From positions 2,128 to 66,127 of the forward strand of contig CBDUMS010000005.1 of assembly GCA_965368405.1 (NCBI GenBank): a stretch of DNA of 64,000 nucleotides. The letters are read 5' to 3'. This stretch comes from an uncultured Cyclobacteriaceae bacterium (GTDB taxonomy: Bacteria; Bacteroidota; Bacteroidia; Cytophagales; Cyclobacteriaceae). Positions within the stretch are counted from its first letter, which is position 1, and each line of letters opens with the position of its first letter. Position numbers and translations under genes: made by a program. The notes under the pieces were generated by a model, which had not been told where the DNA came from, made no database searches, and saw nothing but the letters and a program-made list of their open reading frames with translations. Below are positions 26,021 through 35,399 of the stretch, one piece after another.

Positions 26021-27925
26021 ATGCTTAAACAAGTAACCTCCAAAGTTTTCTTTTTGTGCCTGACATTCTATGCAATGTCATGCAAGACAGTACCCACAAC
26101 CCCACCCAACATCATTTGGATTGTTATTGAAGACATGTCACCACAATTTATTGGAGCATATGGTAATGCAGCTGCACGAACCCCCGTCATGGACTCACTG
26201 ATTAACGTAGGAACTCGATTCGATGCAGCCTTTTCTACTGGTGCTGTTTGCTCGCCAAGTAGATATACGCTCATCACTGGAACTAGAACCAACGAATACG
26301 GTACAGGCCATCATCGCTCTTCCTACCCTATTCCGGAAACAGTGAAACCATTTCCTTATTTCCTGAAAGAAATGGGCTATCATACTTCTAATAATTCCAA
26401 AAAAGATTACAACACTTCGGCACGCCAGCGAATTACCGAAGAATCCTGGACAGAAAGCAGCACTACAGCTGGCTGGTGGAACCGAAAAGCCTCTCAGCCA
26501 TTCTTTTCGGTTTTCAATTTCAGTAACTCACACCAATCTAGAACCTTCACGAATCCTTACAAGAACTACAAAGAACGCATTCTTGAGAAACTTTCGGAAC
26601 ATGAAATCATTGCTGATGCTGACATTATTCTTCCTGATTACTACAAAGACACGCCGGAATTACGAAAAGAGTTAGCGCGTACCTATAATGCCCTTAAAAT
26701 AACGGATAATGAAATCGACACATTAATTACTCGTCTCAAGAATGAGCAACTCTTAGAAACAACGATCATCTTTTTCTATTCTGACCACGGAGGTGGTGCG
26801 CTTAGAACAAAAACCAAAGGACTTGCGCTGGGTCATCAGGTCCCCCTGGCCGTAATAATTCCGGATGCATACCAACACCTCAATCCTTTTGAGCAGCAAA
26901 AAACCACTGCTCAGCCTGTAACCTTCGAGGACTTTGCTCCTACTGTCTTATCCCTGGCCGGGCTTAATCAACCTGACTACATGAAGGGCAAGCCGTTTTT
27001 GGGCAGGGAGAATGAGCCTCAGGATTTTGCTTTCAGTTCTACCGATAGAAGTGGAGAAGCGCCCGATCTAACAAGATCGGTTTCAGACGGACGGTATTTC
27101 TATACAAGGGTTTTTATACCCTCCCGACCACAATACAGCTGGCAGAAGTATTTTGACTACAGTGCCAGTCGTCAACTAATCCGACAATACCAAGCCGAAG
27201 GAACGCTTAATCCCATCCAAAGTCAGCCATTTGCACAGCGACCCCAAGAATTTCTTTATGACCTTACCACTGATACATGGCAAACCCATAATCTGGTCCA
27301 AGACAAACAGTATGCCGAAATTTTGAACAAGCTTAGAATGGCCTTGGATCAAAATTTAACAGAAAAAAAGGATGCCCACTTCATTCCAGAATACTTTCTT
27401 GATTCCATTACCAAAACGACTACTACTTATCAATACAAGAATTCAACTGATTACGACTTTGAAGCTATATATCGTGTGGCCCAACTAGCAGGCGCAGGCC
27501 CTGATGCTTTACCAATACAACTAAATGCGCTTAAAGACTCCGACCCTCTGGTTCGCTATTGGGCTGCAATGGGACTGTACCACCAGCCCAAAGAAATCCT
27601 GATGCCACAGGTCCAATTATTGGAGGCAGCCCAGAATGATGCTTTCCCACCGGTTAATATATTGCTGGCCACAATTCTCTATCGAATTACTGGCTCAGAT
27701 AGAAGCGAACAAGTTTTAAGAGAATATCTCCATCATCAGAATGACTTTCTGGCAGCTCAGGCGCTTCAGGAAATCACGTATTTACCACAAGCGAAGGGAA
27801 TAGTGTTTCTTAAAGATATTGAACATTTGGCTAATGAGAGACGCACTGGAATGTTATCCGAGAGCATCGATATTTACCAATATCTCTATCTGGATGAGCC
27901 GCTCTTTTACCAAAATCATTGGTAA
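26021..27925 (+). CDS. S1 formylglycine-dependent sulfatase with C-terminal HEAT-like repeat region
   Basis: The ORF track starts at 26003. The Met at 26021 avoids overlap and gives lipoprotein-like signal FFLCLTFYAMSC. Sulfatase motifs are IVIEDMSP and CSPSRYTLITGT. The C-terminal ~180 aa have HEAT-like helices (DPLVRYWAAMGL, FLAAQALQEI). Confidence 0.8.
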   Translation: MLKQVTSKVFFLCLTFYAMSCKTVPTTPPNIIWIVIEDMSPQFIGAYGNAAARTPVMDSLINVGTRFDAAFSTGAVCSPSRYTLITGTRTNEYGTGHHRSSYPIPETVKPFPYFLKEMGYHTSNNSKKDYNTSARQRITEESWTESSTTAGWWNRKASQPFFSVFNFSNSHQSRTFTNPYKNYKERILEKLSEHEIIADADIILPDYYKDTPELRKELARTYNALKITDNEIDTLITRLKNEQLLETTIIFFYSDHGGGALRTKTKGLALGHQVPLAVIIPDAYQHLNPFEQQKTTAQPVTFEDFAPTVLSLAGLNQPDYMKGKPFLGRENEPQDFAFSSTDRSGEAPDLTRSVSDGRYFYTRVFIPSRPQYSWQKYFDYSASRQLIRQYQAEGTLNPIQSQPFAQRPQEFLYDLTTDTWQTHNLVQDKQYAEILNKLRMALDQNLTEKKDAHFIPEYFLDSITKTTTTYQYKNSTDYDFEAIYRVAQLAGAGPDALPIQLNALKDSDPLVRYWAAMGLYHQPKEILMPQVQLLEAAQNDAFPPVNILLATILYRITGSDRSEQVLREYLHHQNDFLAAQALQEITYLPQAKGIVFLKDIEHLANERRTGMLSESIDIYQYLYLDEPLFYQNHW

Positions 27926-28169
27926 CAACTCATGATACTTGTCGTAGCAAATGTTAACAAGAAGTTAAGTGCGTGATCAGAAAGTAATCTTCAACAGCTA
28001 TGGTCAATTTAAACCTAATCGACCCTTCAGGATAGTCAGAATCACTAGAATTTCATCCATGTTATTTAACAAAATGTCCATTTCAATGGAATTGGATTGA
28101 CTTATCATTGAATAATGTGACTTTTGCATGCCGGAATGACCCAAAACAGTAAATATTTGACAGAATTTT

Positions 28170-29246
28170 ATGTGGCAAAAAGCTAGAACTTTGGCAATCC
28201 TAAGAAGGCGAACAGGTGGACTGCTTGGCCTCGTTTTATTTCTCTTTATAATGGGAGGATGCTCAGATGACTCTCCATCACCGAGTGACATTAATGATCC
28301 GAATGAGTCGATAGAGAACGCTGACGTGAGCGGGGTTTTCTCATTAATGAGTATTCAAAGTGGCAAACTACTTGATTTAAAACAATTCCCGGGTGACGGT
28401 GAAAATGAAATGACTGTTGTGCAATGGAGCGCAAACAATTCAAACTCCCAAAAATGGGAATTAAGAAAAATTGATGATTACTATCGGATCATCAATGAGA
28501 GTACTGGTAAAGACCTTAGCATCAACCCAAACAATGATACTAATGGAGCTTATGTCATGGAGGCCGAATACTCAGGTAAAGACACACAACATTGGATAAT
28601 AAGCTACGTGGATGATGACTATTACAAAATAATAAGTAAGGCCAATGGTCGATCGCTTGATGTAATGGATGCCCTATGTATTGATGGTGCCCGACTTCGC
28701 CAAATTAAATATGCCAACAGAAAAAGTAGGCATTGGGAATTAACCGATGGAAGTGGTGGGTCTGCCAATGGTCAACTATCCTGGAAATGGGTTTCAACTG
28801 ATGTGCCTGCCGATCACTTATCAAGAATTAATCAAGCCATGAACGATGCCGTTGCGAGATACAATAAAGGAAACTCATGGTCTAAACGCGAGCTGACAGT
28901 TGAATACAACCCCGCTGTACCAACGGCAGATGCAAATATCAATGGTCATATAAGATTTGGTGCTATCGCAGGTCATCAGGATGAACAAACAGCTCTTCAT
29001 GAAATATCACATACCTATGGTATTGGAACCAGTGGTGTGTGGTCAGGTCTTATTCAGGAAGGAGTAGTTATTGGCCCTAATGTTGCGCAACTTGTACAAC
29101 TTTATGATGGTGAGGATTCTAAAATCTATGCCGGAGGCGTTCATTTTTGGCCATATGGCATGAATTATCAGAATGAATATACTGAAACCAATGCTGTTCG
29201 GCATGTTGAAATGATAACAGCTTTTGTATTAGACGGAACATATTAA
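28170..29246 (+). CDS. Lipoprotein: ricin-B-type beta-trefoil lectin domain plus C-terminal domain carrying an HExxH motif
   Basis: Lipobox IMGGCSDD. Three QxW-type repeats are present (SQKWEL, TQHWII, SRHWEL). The C-terminal ~170 aa carry TALHEISHTYG. Confidence 0.65.
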   Translation: MWQKARTLAILRRRTGGLLGLVLFLFIMGGCSDDSPSPSDINDPNESIENADVSGVFSLMSIQSGKLLDLKQFPGDGENEMTVVQWSANNSNSQKWELRKIDDYYRIINESTGKDLSINPNNDTNGAYVMEAEYSGKDTQHWIISYVDDDYYKIISKANGRSLDVMDALCIDGARLRQIKYANRKSRHWELTDGSGGSANGQLSWKWVSTDVPADHLSRINQAMNDAVARYNKGNSWSKRELTVEYNPAVPTADANINGHIRFGAIAGHQDEQTALHEISHTYGIGTSGVWSGLIQEGVVIGPNVAQLVQLYDGEDSKIYAGGVHFWPYGMNYQNEYTETNAVRHVEMITAFVLDGTY

Positions 29247-29320
29247 TCGTTGAAGGAAAACATTGCAGGTGTTTTAGAAATAAGCTTGAGGTGGAAGAAT
29301 AGTTGTAGAATAATGATTAC

Positions 29321-30724
29321 ATGGTGAAGAACTTAACATTTATAATATTTCTCATAGGGTTAACTTTATTCAGTTGCTCAGATAACTTTACGGATCCTAA
29401 CGATCCAAAATTCGATGGGAACAATGGCCAGAATAGTGTAAATGCTGATATTACATTGACAGTTGATGCGTCGGACGGAGTAGATATTAACCCTCAGCTA
29501 TTTGGCGTGAATAACGATTGGCGACAAATACCTGATGGCACTTTTTCAAGTTTTACCAGCACAATTGATGATATTGATTATTCTGTGTTAAGGTATCCTG
29601 GTGGATGGGAGTCTGAGTTTTATGCATGGACCTCAAATACTACACCCGGATGGAACAATACCCCTCCAGACCCTGGTGCCTCGGTAGCGACATTAAAAAA
29701 CAATGTATCAAACTACAGTATTGTTATTCCAACCGCCGAAGCTATGAATACTACGGTAGGGTCGTCTCAGTGGAATACTGCCATTGCGAATTTGAGAGCT
29801 AAGGCAGCTGCCGCTATCAATGCATCTGAAATTGGTAATGGGATTGTAGAAATAGGTAATGAGTGGTGGCTGCAGTATGCTGGTGGAGTATCAAGAGAAC
29901 AAAAACTAGATAAATATGTCCATGTTGCTATGGCTCTTGCTGAATACATTGATAACCTATATCCTAATCGTTCCTTTAAATTGTTAATAAACGGAGATTA
30001 TACTCAACCACAGGAGTTTACTAGTATGAAAAATAAGTTTACGACAGCTTATGATGTAATTGATGGAGTAGCCTTGCACACTTATACAGGATATGTGACC
30101 AGTTCACACAATATCGAGGATTTGGAGCAACGTATCATTACCTGTGCCAGTAACTTTAATCCAAGCAAAACCTTTACATATCTTTCAGAGTGGATGCCTT
30201 CCCGGCTTTATAATGAAACTGCACTTTATATGGAAGCTGCTAATATCATTCCGGACATCATCCATATATACGCGAGAGCCGGAGCAGATGCTGCTGCTTA
30301 CTGGCCACCAATAAACACATCGATTCCTGGGCTTGGCTTGACCAACGGGAACTACAGTAAAATATATCCTGTAGGCCAGATATTTGGAGAACTTGCCAGG
30401 TCATATACCGGAAAAGCTTTGAAAACAACCTCTAACAAATTCCATTTGGCTGCAGCACAGCCAGATCCTGGTACGATTGTGCTATATATTACCGGTGGGC
30501 AAGAAAGCGGCAAGAAAGTAGCGATTAGAGTTGAGGGGTTTGCCATAGGCTCCATAGAAAAAGCAGAACGCTATATCCCATTGGATTACAGTGACCCTGG
30601 CAAAGCTGAACCATATGTAACAGAGAATGCCTCCGCTGAACTTAGTGATGACAATGAAGTTATTATTGATGTCAATAAAGCGGGGCACTATGAAATATAT
30701 AAAATAGTAATTAAAAGCAATTAG
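29321..30724 (+). CDS. Lipoprotein, clan GH-A-like TIM-barrel glycoside hydrolase of unassigned family
   Basis: Lipobox LFSC followed by SDNFTDPNDPKF. LRYPGGWESEFYAW and VEIGNEWW (candidate acid/base Glu) resemble GH30/39/51/79-type enzymes. YLSEWMPS is a candidate nucleophile. Confidence 0.45.
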   Translation: MVKNLTFIIFLIGLTLFSCSDNFTDPNDPKFDGNNGQNSVNADITLTVDASDGVDINPQLFGVNNDWRQIPDGTFSSFTSTIDDIDYSVLRYPGGWESEFYAWTSNTTPGWNNTPPDPGASVATLKNNVSNYSIVIPTAEAMNTTVGSSQWNTAIANLRAKAAAAINASEIGNGIVEIGNEWWLQYAGGVSREQKLDKYVHVAMALAEYIDNLYPNRSFKLLINGDYTQPQEFTSMKNKFTTAYDVIDGVALHTYTGYVTSSHNIEDLEQRIITCASNFNPSKTFTYLSEWMPSRLYNETALYMEAANIIPDIIHIYARAGADAAAYWPPINTSIPGLGLTNGNYSKIYPVGQIFGELARSYTGKALKTTSNKFHLAAAQPDPGTIVLYITGGQESGKKVAIRVEGFAIGSIEKAERYIPLDYSDPGKAEPYVTENASAELSDDNEVIIDVNKAGHYEIYKIVIKSN

Positions 30725-30881
30725 TCCATCCTAATAGGAACAGTGCTGTCTGATATTTTTTACCAAAAAGGCTTCTTATTGACTTTTTAATCAAACAAGG
30801 ACTCTATTGCATTACAAACTTTGCTAAGGTTATGAATCAAAACTTCTCACGTCATAAAGCCAGATTTATACCTGTACAGCT

Positions 30882-33800
30882 ATGATTATCATGAAAAGAT
30901 TAATCACTGGTCTCTCTGTTACGGCGTTGCTTGTACTTTCTTATCATTTATTTATTGATCATACATCCTTAGACCATGAGATTCATGGTCTAATAACCTC
31001 TGATAACGAACGAAACGAAGAGCGACCTGAAGAAGATATGTCCGTTGCAGAAAAGTTAATCAATAAAAAGCGATATGAGCGGATGTTGGATGCGAATCCT
31101 GGTAGAACACAAGATAATGAAGCTGCGAGGATTGAAGAATTAAGCACCTATGCAAATGGCCAACTCTCTGGCCAATGGGATCAGGTGAGATTTATTGCGC
31201 CAAATAAACAGAGCTATGGATTTAGAGTGGATGGTTCAGTCTATGATCAGGCAAATGATGTGTTATATGCAATTTCCTATGCCGGGCACATCTGGAAGAT
31301 TCACAGATCTGGTTATAACTACACTGACACGAGATGGGAACTAATGAATCACCAATACAACTTTAAAACATCATATATCGAAGGATTTGCGGCAATTGAT
31401 GGTACTTTTAGAATGGTTAGGTCTTCAGGCGCTGGCATGCAATACAGTTCCGATGAAGGCAGAACCTGGATAAACGCCAGTGGTGTAGCTTTCTCAGAAA
31501 AAACCTTTGAAGGGGCTGTTTCCAAAAAGGCTGTCGGTAATAGAGTTTTTATTGTAGGACAAACGCCAACCGGCTCGACCAAAGTCTATTATTCGGATGA
31601 TGATGGTGTTTCCTATACAGCGTTACCCCTCGTCTTTTCACCTGGAAGTCATAAAATAAAAATTTTCAAAGCATACTCTTCAGAATCTGTCTTTCTGGTT
31701 GCATTAAACAATTCAACAGCCAAAATTGATCTCTTTGAATGTGGTGTTGATGACACGGAGTTCGAATTGATTAACTCACCAGCCACTTTTTTTAATGGAT
31801 TAACAAGGGTTTTTGGTACCTACCACAATGGCCAGTACCATTTTTACATCGGTGCAGGAAAAACTCACATTTATTATTCAGATGATAAAGGTGCTACCTG
31901 GCAAACCAAAAACAGTAATAACAGCGGAGATGGTGATATCGCTCCACGCACTGTCCATCCAACAAAACCGAATATAATTTTTAGAGGGTTCCTCGATGTG
32001 AATATGTCATCAAACAATGGCGCATCTTTTAGCAATTTCTCGCATATCATGGGATGGGATGTACAACACATGCGAATGTATCAAAGAAATGATGGTAGTT
32101 ATTTTCATTTCATAGGGTTGGATTTTGGTTGTTACATCTCTGATACTCCGGATGTAAAATCATCATATGTGCAATTAAACAACTCGTCTCCGACCCAAAT
32201 GATTTATGATGCTGACCACGGGCAGAACTATACCAGTTCATTTACTGGAACACAAGATCGTGGCACAATGGGCTATATCAATTCATCCAACGAATCTCTT
32301 ACCACTGATGTGAGAACGACAGATGGATTGCGAGTAACTCTTGGTAATAATGAGGAGTCGGTTTGGACCTGGATGTATTTTGGAACCCTATATCACAAAT
32401 CAAATTTTGCAGCGAGAAATTCAGCACTAGTTAGCTTAGACTGGACAAGCAATTGGTGGGCTTCGCCAATGATTTCTTCGCCAAATAAAAAAGAAGACGC
32501 GGTATATATAGCTGCAGGTGAACGATTAAAAAAATTCACCTACAATCCTTACAGCCAGCAAATCATACAAACCGAACATTATTTCGATTTTGGCTCAAAG
32601 TCAGGCTCGAAGATTTCCGGGTTAGGATATTCCTCCATTAACCCGGACTTATGGTATGTTTCTGTCCAGTCTGGAGATTTCTATTATTCTATTGATGGTG
32701 GACAGACATTTAAAAAATCAAGTTTTCACCGTGATTTCCCCAAAGCAAATGACTTGACCTACAATTATGCAAAAAACCAACATGTCATCAGAGCTTCAAA
32801 CATTGATCCACAAAGGGTTTACTATGCTGGAGTTGGCAATGCTTTTATGATCAGTAATGACGGAGGAAAAACCTTTACAAATCACAATACCGGCCTGAAT
32901 ATTTACCGAATAAGGGATTATGACATAACTCCTGATGAAAAATTCATTTTTGCAGGTTGTGGATACGGTGGACTTTGGGTCTATTCAGTTGATGACGACC
33001 GCTGGTATGAGATAAATGATGGAGCTGTGCCATATGTTGACTTTACGGATGTAGAGTTTATCATCAAAGAAAACACCGTTAATTTTAGCTCTTACGGCAG
33101 TGGAGTTCTTCGGTTTAAAATCGACTCTCCTGCCCCGATAATTCAATATCCGGATGATTTGGTTGCTCAGGTGACAAGTGACAGACTTAGAAGGATGACA
33201 TGGAAGGACCAATCAGACAATGAAGAAGGGTTTATAATAGAGCGTTCTGTAAATGGCATGTTTACAAAAATCGCTGAACTTCCCGCCAACCAATTTTTAT
33301 ATACTGACAATAGTACGTTAGACCCTGATAATTACATTTATCGAGTTAAGGCCTATAATTCGACCCATGAGTCTCTATACTCCAACTATGCATTGGTTGA
33401 GTTAAAGCCGGAGTCTGATATTTCAAAAGAAAACTGGAAGCTGATAAGTGTCTCAAGTCAACAAACTAATGGTTATCCTGCAACCAATGCTTTTGATAAC
33501 GATCCCTCAACCATGTGGCACACACAATGGGGAGTAAATCCAATTCCTGGACATCCTCATTCACTAGTTATTGATATGAAAGAAACTCTTGAATTAGTGG
33601 GATTTAGCTATTTACCTCGTCAGGACAATCAATGGAATGGGACCATTAAAGATTATCAGTTTTTTATTTCATTAGACAGGTTAAGCTGGGAAATGGTGGC
33701 CACTGGTTCCTGGGAGAAAACCAATGCCAAAAAAGAGGTTTATTTCGAAAACAAGAAGACAGCAAGATATCTAAAACTCATATCCATTTCAGAAGTCAAT

Positions 33801-34412
33801 GGAAGCAACTTTGCCTCATGTGCTGAATTATCCGTTTTGGATAAAATATCAGAGCCAAGCGTTCCAAACACTCCACAATTCGTACAAGCCGGTCGAATTT
33901 CCAAAACGGAAATTGAATTGGTCTGGATGGACTTGTCTGATGATGAAACGGGCTTTGAAATAGAGCAATCAACTGGTAGCAATTCTACAAAAATTGAGAT
34001 CAGAGATAAGGATAAAACATCTTTTCTAGTTAAAAATACCAGTCCTCTACTTTCTTATACCTTCAGAATTGCTGCAATCAACGACTTGGGTGTTTCAGCC
34101 TATTCACAACCTATTACTTTAAAATTCATTGAAGGTGATGGGATTTTAAGTACAGAGACACAGTCTTTAAATAAATCTACTTCGATCTACCCAAACCCAT
34201 TTACAGATGAACTAAATATTAAGTTTAGTAATCGACTTTCACCGGCAGATTGGCAAATCCTTACTTTAGATGGCAAAACAATTATGCGTGGAAGTTTTTC
34301 AGCAGACGATGATTCTGAAAAAATCAATACTCATCTTCTAATATCAGGCACCTATGTGTTTCAAATAGGCACCAAATCTGACCTTGAATCTCAGATAATT
34401 ATAAAAGAATAA
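30882..34412 (+). CDS. T9SS-secreted multidomain protein: BNR/Asp-box beta-propeller, Fn3, F5/8 type C (CBM32-like), Fn3, Por C-terminal sorting domain
   Basis: Asp-boxes: SSDEGRTW, SDDDGVSY, SDDKGATW, SIDGGQTF, SNDGGKTF. Discoidin motif: NAFDNDPSTMWHTQW. Two Fn3-like segments are present. The C-terminus (SIYPNPFTDELNIKF...SGTYVFQIGT) is typical of the T9SS CTD. Confidence 0.8.
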   Translation: MIIMKRLITGLSVTALLVLSYHLFIDHTSLDHEIHGLITSDNERNEERPEEDMSVAEKLINKKRYERMLDANPGRTQDNEAARIEELSTYANGQLSGQWDQVRFIAPNKQSYGFRVDGSVYDQANDVLYAISYAGHIWKIHRSGYNYTDTRWELMNHQYNFKTSYIEGFAAIDGTFRMVRSSGAGMQYSSDEGRTWINASGVAFSEKTFEGAVSKKAVGNRVFIVGQTPTGSTKVYYSDDDGVSYTALPLVFSPGSHKIKIFKAYSSESVFLVALNNSTAKIDLFECGVDDTEFELINSPATFFNGLTRVFGTYHNGQYHFYIGAGKTHIYYSDDKGATWQTKNSNNSGDGDIAPRTVHPTKPNIIFRGFLDVNMSSNNGASFSNFSHIMGWDVQHMRMYQRNDGSYFHFIGLDFGCYISDTPDVKSSYVQLNNSSPTQMIYDADHGQNYTSSFTGTQDRGTMGYINSSNESLTTDVRTTDGLRVTLGNNEESVWTWMYFGTLYHKSNFAARNSALVSLDWTSNWWASPMISSPNKKEDAVYIAAGERLKKFTYNPYSQQIIQTEHYFDFGSKSGSKISGLGYSSINPDLWYVSVQSGDFYYSIDGGQTFKKSSFHRDFPKANDLTYNYAKNQHVIRASNIDPQRVYYAGVGNAFMISNDGGKTFTNHNTGLNIYRIRDYDITPDEKFIFAGCGYGGLWVYSVDDDRWYEINDGAVPYVDFTDVEFIIKENTVNFSSYGSGVLRFKIDSPAPIIQYPDDLVAQVTSDRLRRMTWKDQSDNEEGFIIERSVNGMFTKIAELPANQFLYTDNSTLDPDNYIYRVKAYNSTHESLYSNYALVELKPESDISKENWKLISVSSQQTNGYPATNAFDNDPSTMWHTQWGVNPIPGHPHSLVIDMKETLELVGFSYLPRQDNQWNGTIKDYQFFISLDRLSWEMVATGSWEKTNAKKEVYFENKKTARYLKLISISEVNGSNFASCAELSVLDKISEPSVPNTPQFVQAGRISKTEIELVWMDLSDDETGFEIEQSTGSNSTKIEIRDKDKTSFLVKNTSPLLSYTFRIAAINDLGVSAYSQPITLKFIEGDGILSTETQSLNKSTSIYPNPFTDELNIKFSNRLSPADWQILTLDGKTIMRGSFSADDDSEKINTHLLISGTYVFQIGTKSDLESQIIIKE

Positions 34413-34478
34413 GGAATCATCTGACCTGATTAACCTACTGGTCAGCGATTTATAAAAGTGCGCTCAATTAGATTTTTT

Positions 34479-35372
34479 CTATTGCCACACTCTGACATAA
34501 TCTACCGTTGCTTCGGAAAGAATGCCAATCGGTTGGTTGATAAAATCACCATCACCAAAGCTTGCTCCGACTGATAACCATACGAACTCAGGAACCTGGG
34601 GAACCCAATCACCCTGGTAAGTAACCTTCTTGACCCCATCATAATAGATTTCAAGTTTTTCTGGCGTCCAGTTAAGTCCATAAACGTGGTAACCATCATG
34701 TATACCCGGGGTATTATACTTCTTAGTGTTCGCCTTGTGGCTGGCTCCATAACCATCGATGTGAACAACAGATTTTGTGTATTCACCGACCCATGCTGAC
34801 TCAAAGACATCTATCTCTGCCCCATCTCGTCCAGTACCATCCACATTTCCCATAAACTCTCCTTGCAGCCAGAAGGCCGTATGGTTGGCTTTCGCTGTTT
34901 CGGCAATTTTCAGTCTTGTCTCAAAATACCCATAGGTTGGCTCATACTTTTGAAAAGTATAGACCGCGCCGCATCGCATGGCATCATCTCCAACCTTTCT
35001 TGCTCTTAGTACAAGCTTTCCCTGGCCATCTAAAAATGCATCCTCCTCCAACCAACGCCAATCCATAATACCTTTATCTGGTCTTGGGTTTCTCGTCTTA
35101 CTACTATGGTTTTTTGTCCATTTGCTCGTATTCAATGCATCTCCGGAAAATTCATCACTCCAAACTAAATCCCTGCTTTCTGAAACTCCGTCAATGAACG
35201 GTTGGGCATTAGAAGGAGTGTCTTCGTCCACATCCGGGTTTAGCTCGCCAGTACCCTTGTCATCATCTCCGAATTGAGGATCGTTCGGGTCTGTGAAGTT
35301 GTCAGAGCATCCTCCGAAAAACAATAAGGTAAAAATTGCCGCTCCTCTTAAAATTTTCCTCGCTATTCTCAT
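34479..35372 (-). CDS. GH16 family glycoside hydrolase lipoprotein
   Basis: Lipobox FFGGC followed by SDNFTDPNDPQF. The GH16 catalytic motif is EIDVFE, with WSDEF and HTAFWL flanking blocks. It is the last gene of the minus-strand PUL. Confidence 0.8.
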   Translation of the reverse strand: MRIARKILRGAAIFTLLFFGGCSDNFTDPNDPQFGDDDKGTGELNPDVDEDTPSNAQPFIDGVSESRDLVWSDEFSGDALNTSKWTKNHSSKTRNPRPDKGIMDWRWLEEDAFLDGQGKLVLRARKVGDDAMRCGAVYTFQKYEPTYGYFETRLKIAETAKANHTAFWLQGEFMGNVDGTGRDGAEIDVFESAWVGEYTKSVVHIDGYGASHKANTKKYNTPGIHDGYHVYGLNWTPEKLEIYYDGVKKVTYQGDWVPQVPEFVWLSVGASFGDGDFINQPIGILSEATVDYVRVWQ

Positions 35373-35399
35373 TCTCAGCGAATTTTGTGTTATGTAATT

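Noticed and set aside
28004-28291. 95-aa minus-strand ORF spanning the start of the ricin-lectin gene
   Set aside because: It overlaps the well-formed lipoprotein signal of the plus-strand gene. It has no recognisable features and is most likely spurious.
34421-34445. Hairpin ctgacc/ggtcag between the convergent T9SS-cargo and GH16 genes, considered as a bidirectional terminator
   Set aside because: It has only a 6-bp stem, a 13-nt loop and no U-tract on either strand, which is too weak to call.
34502-34810. 102-aa same-strand alternative-frame ORF inside the GH16 gene
   Set aside because: The GH16 frame carries the catalytic EIDVFE motif and a lipoprotein signal. The alternative frame has no features.
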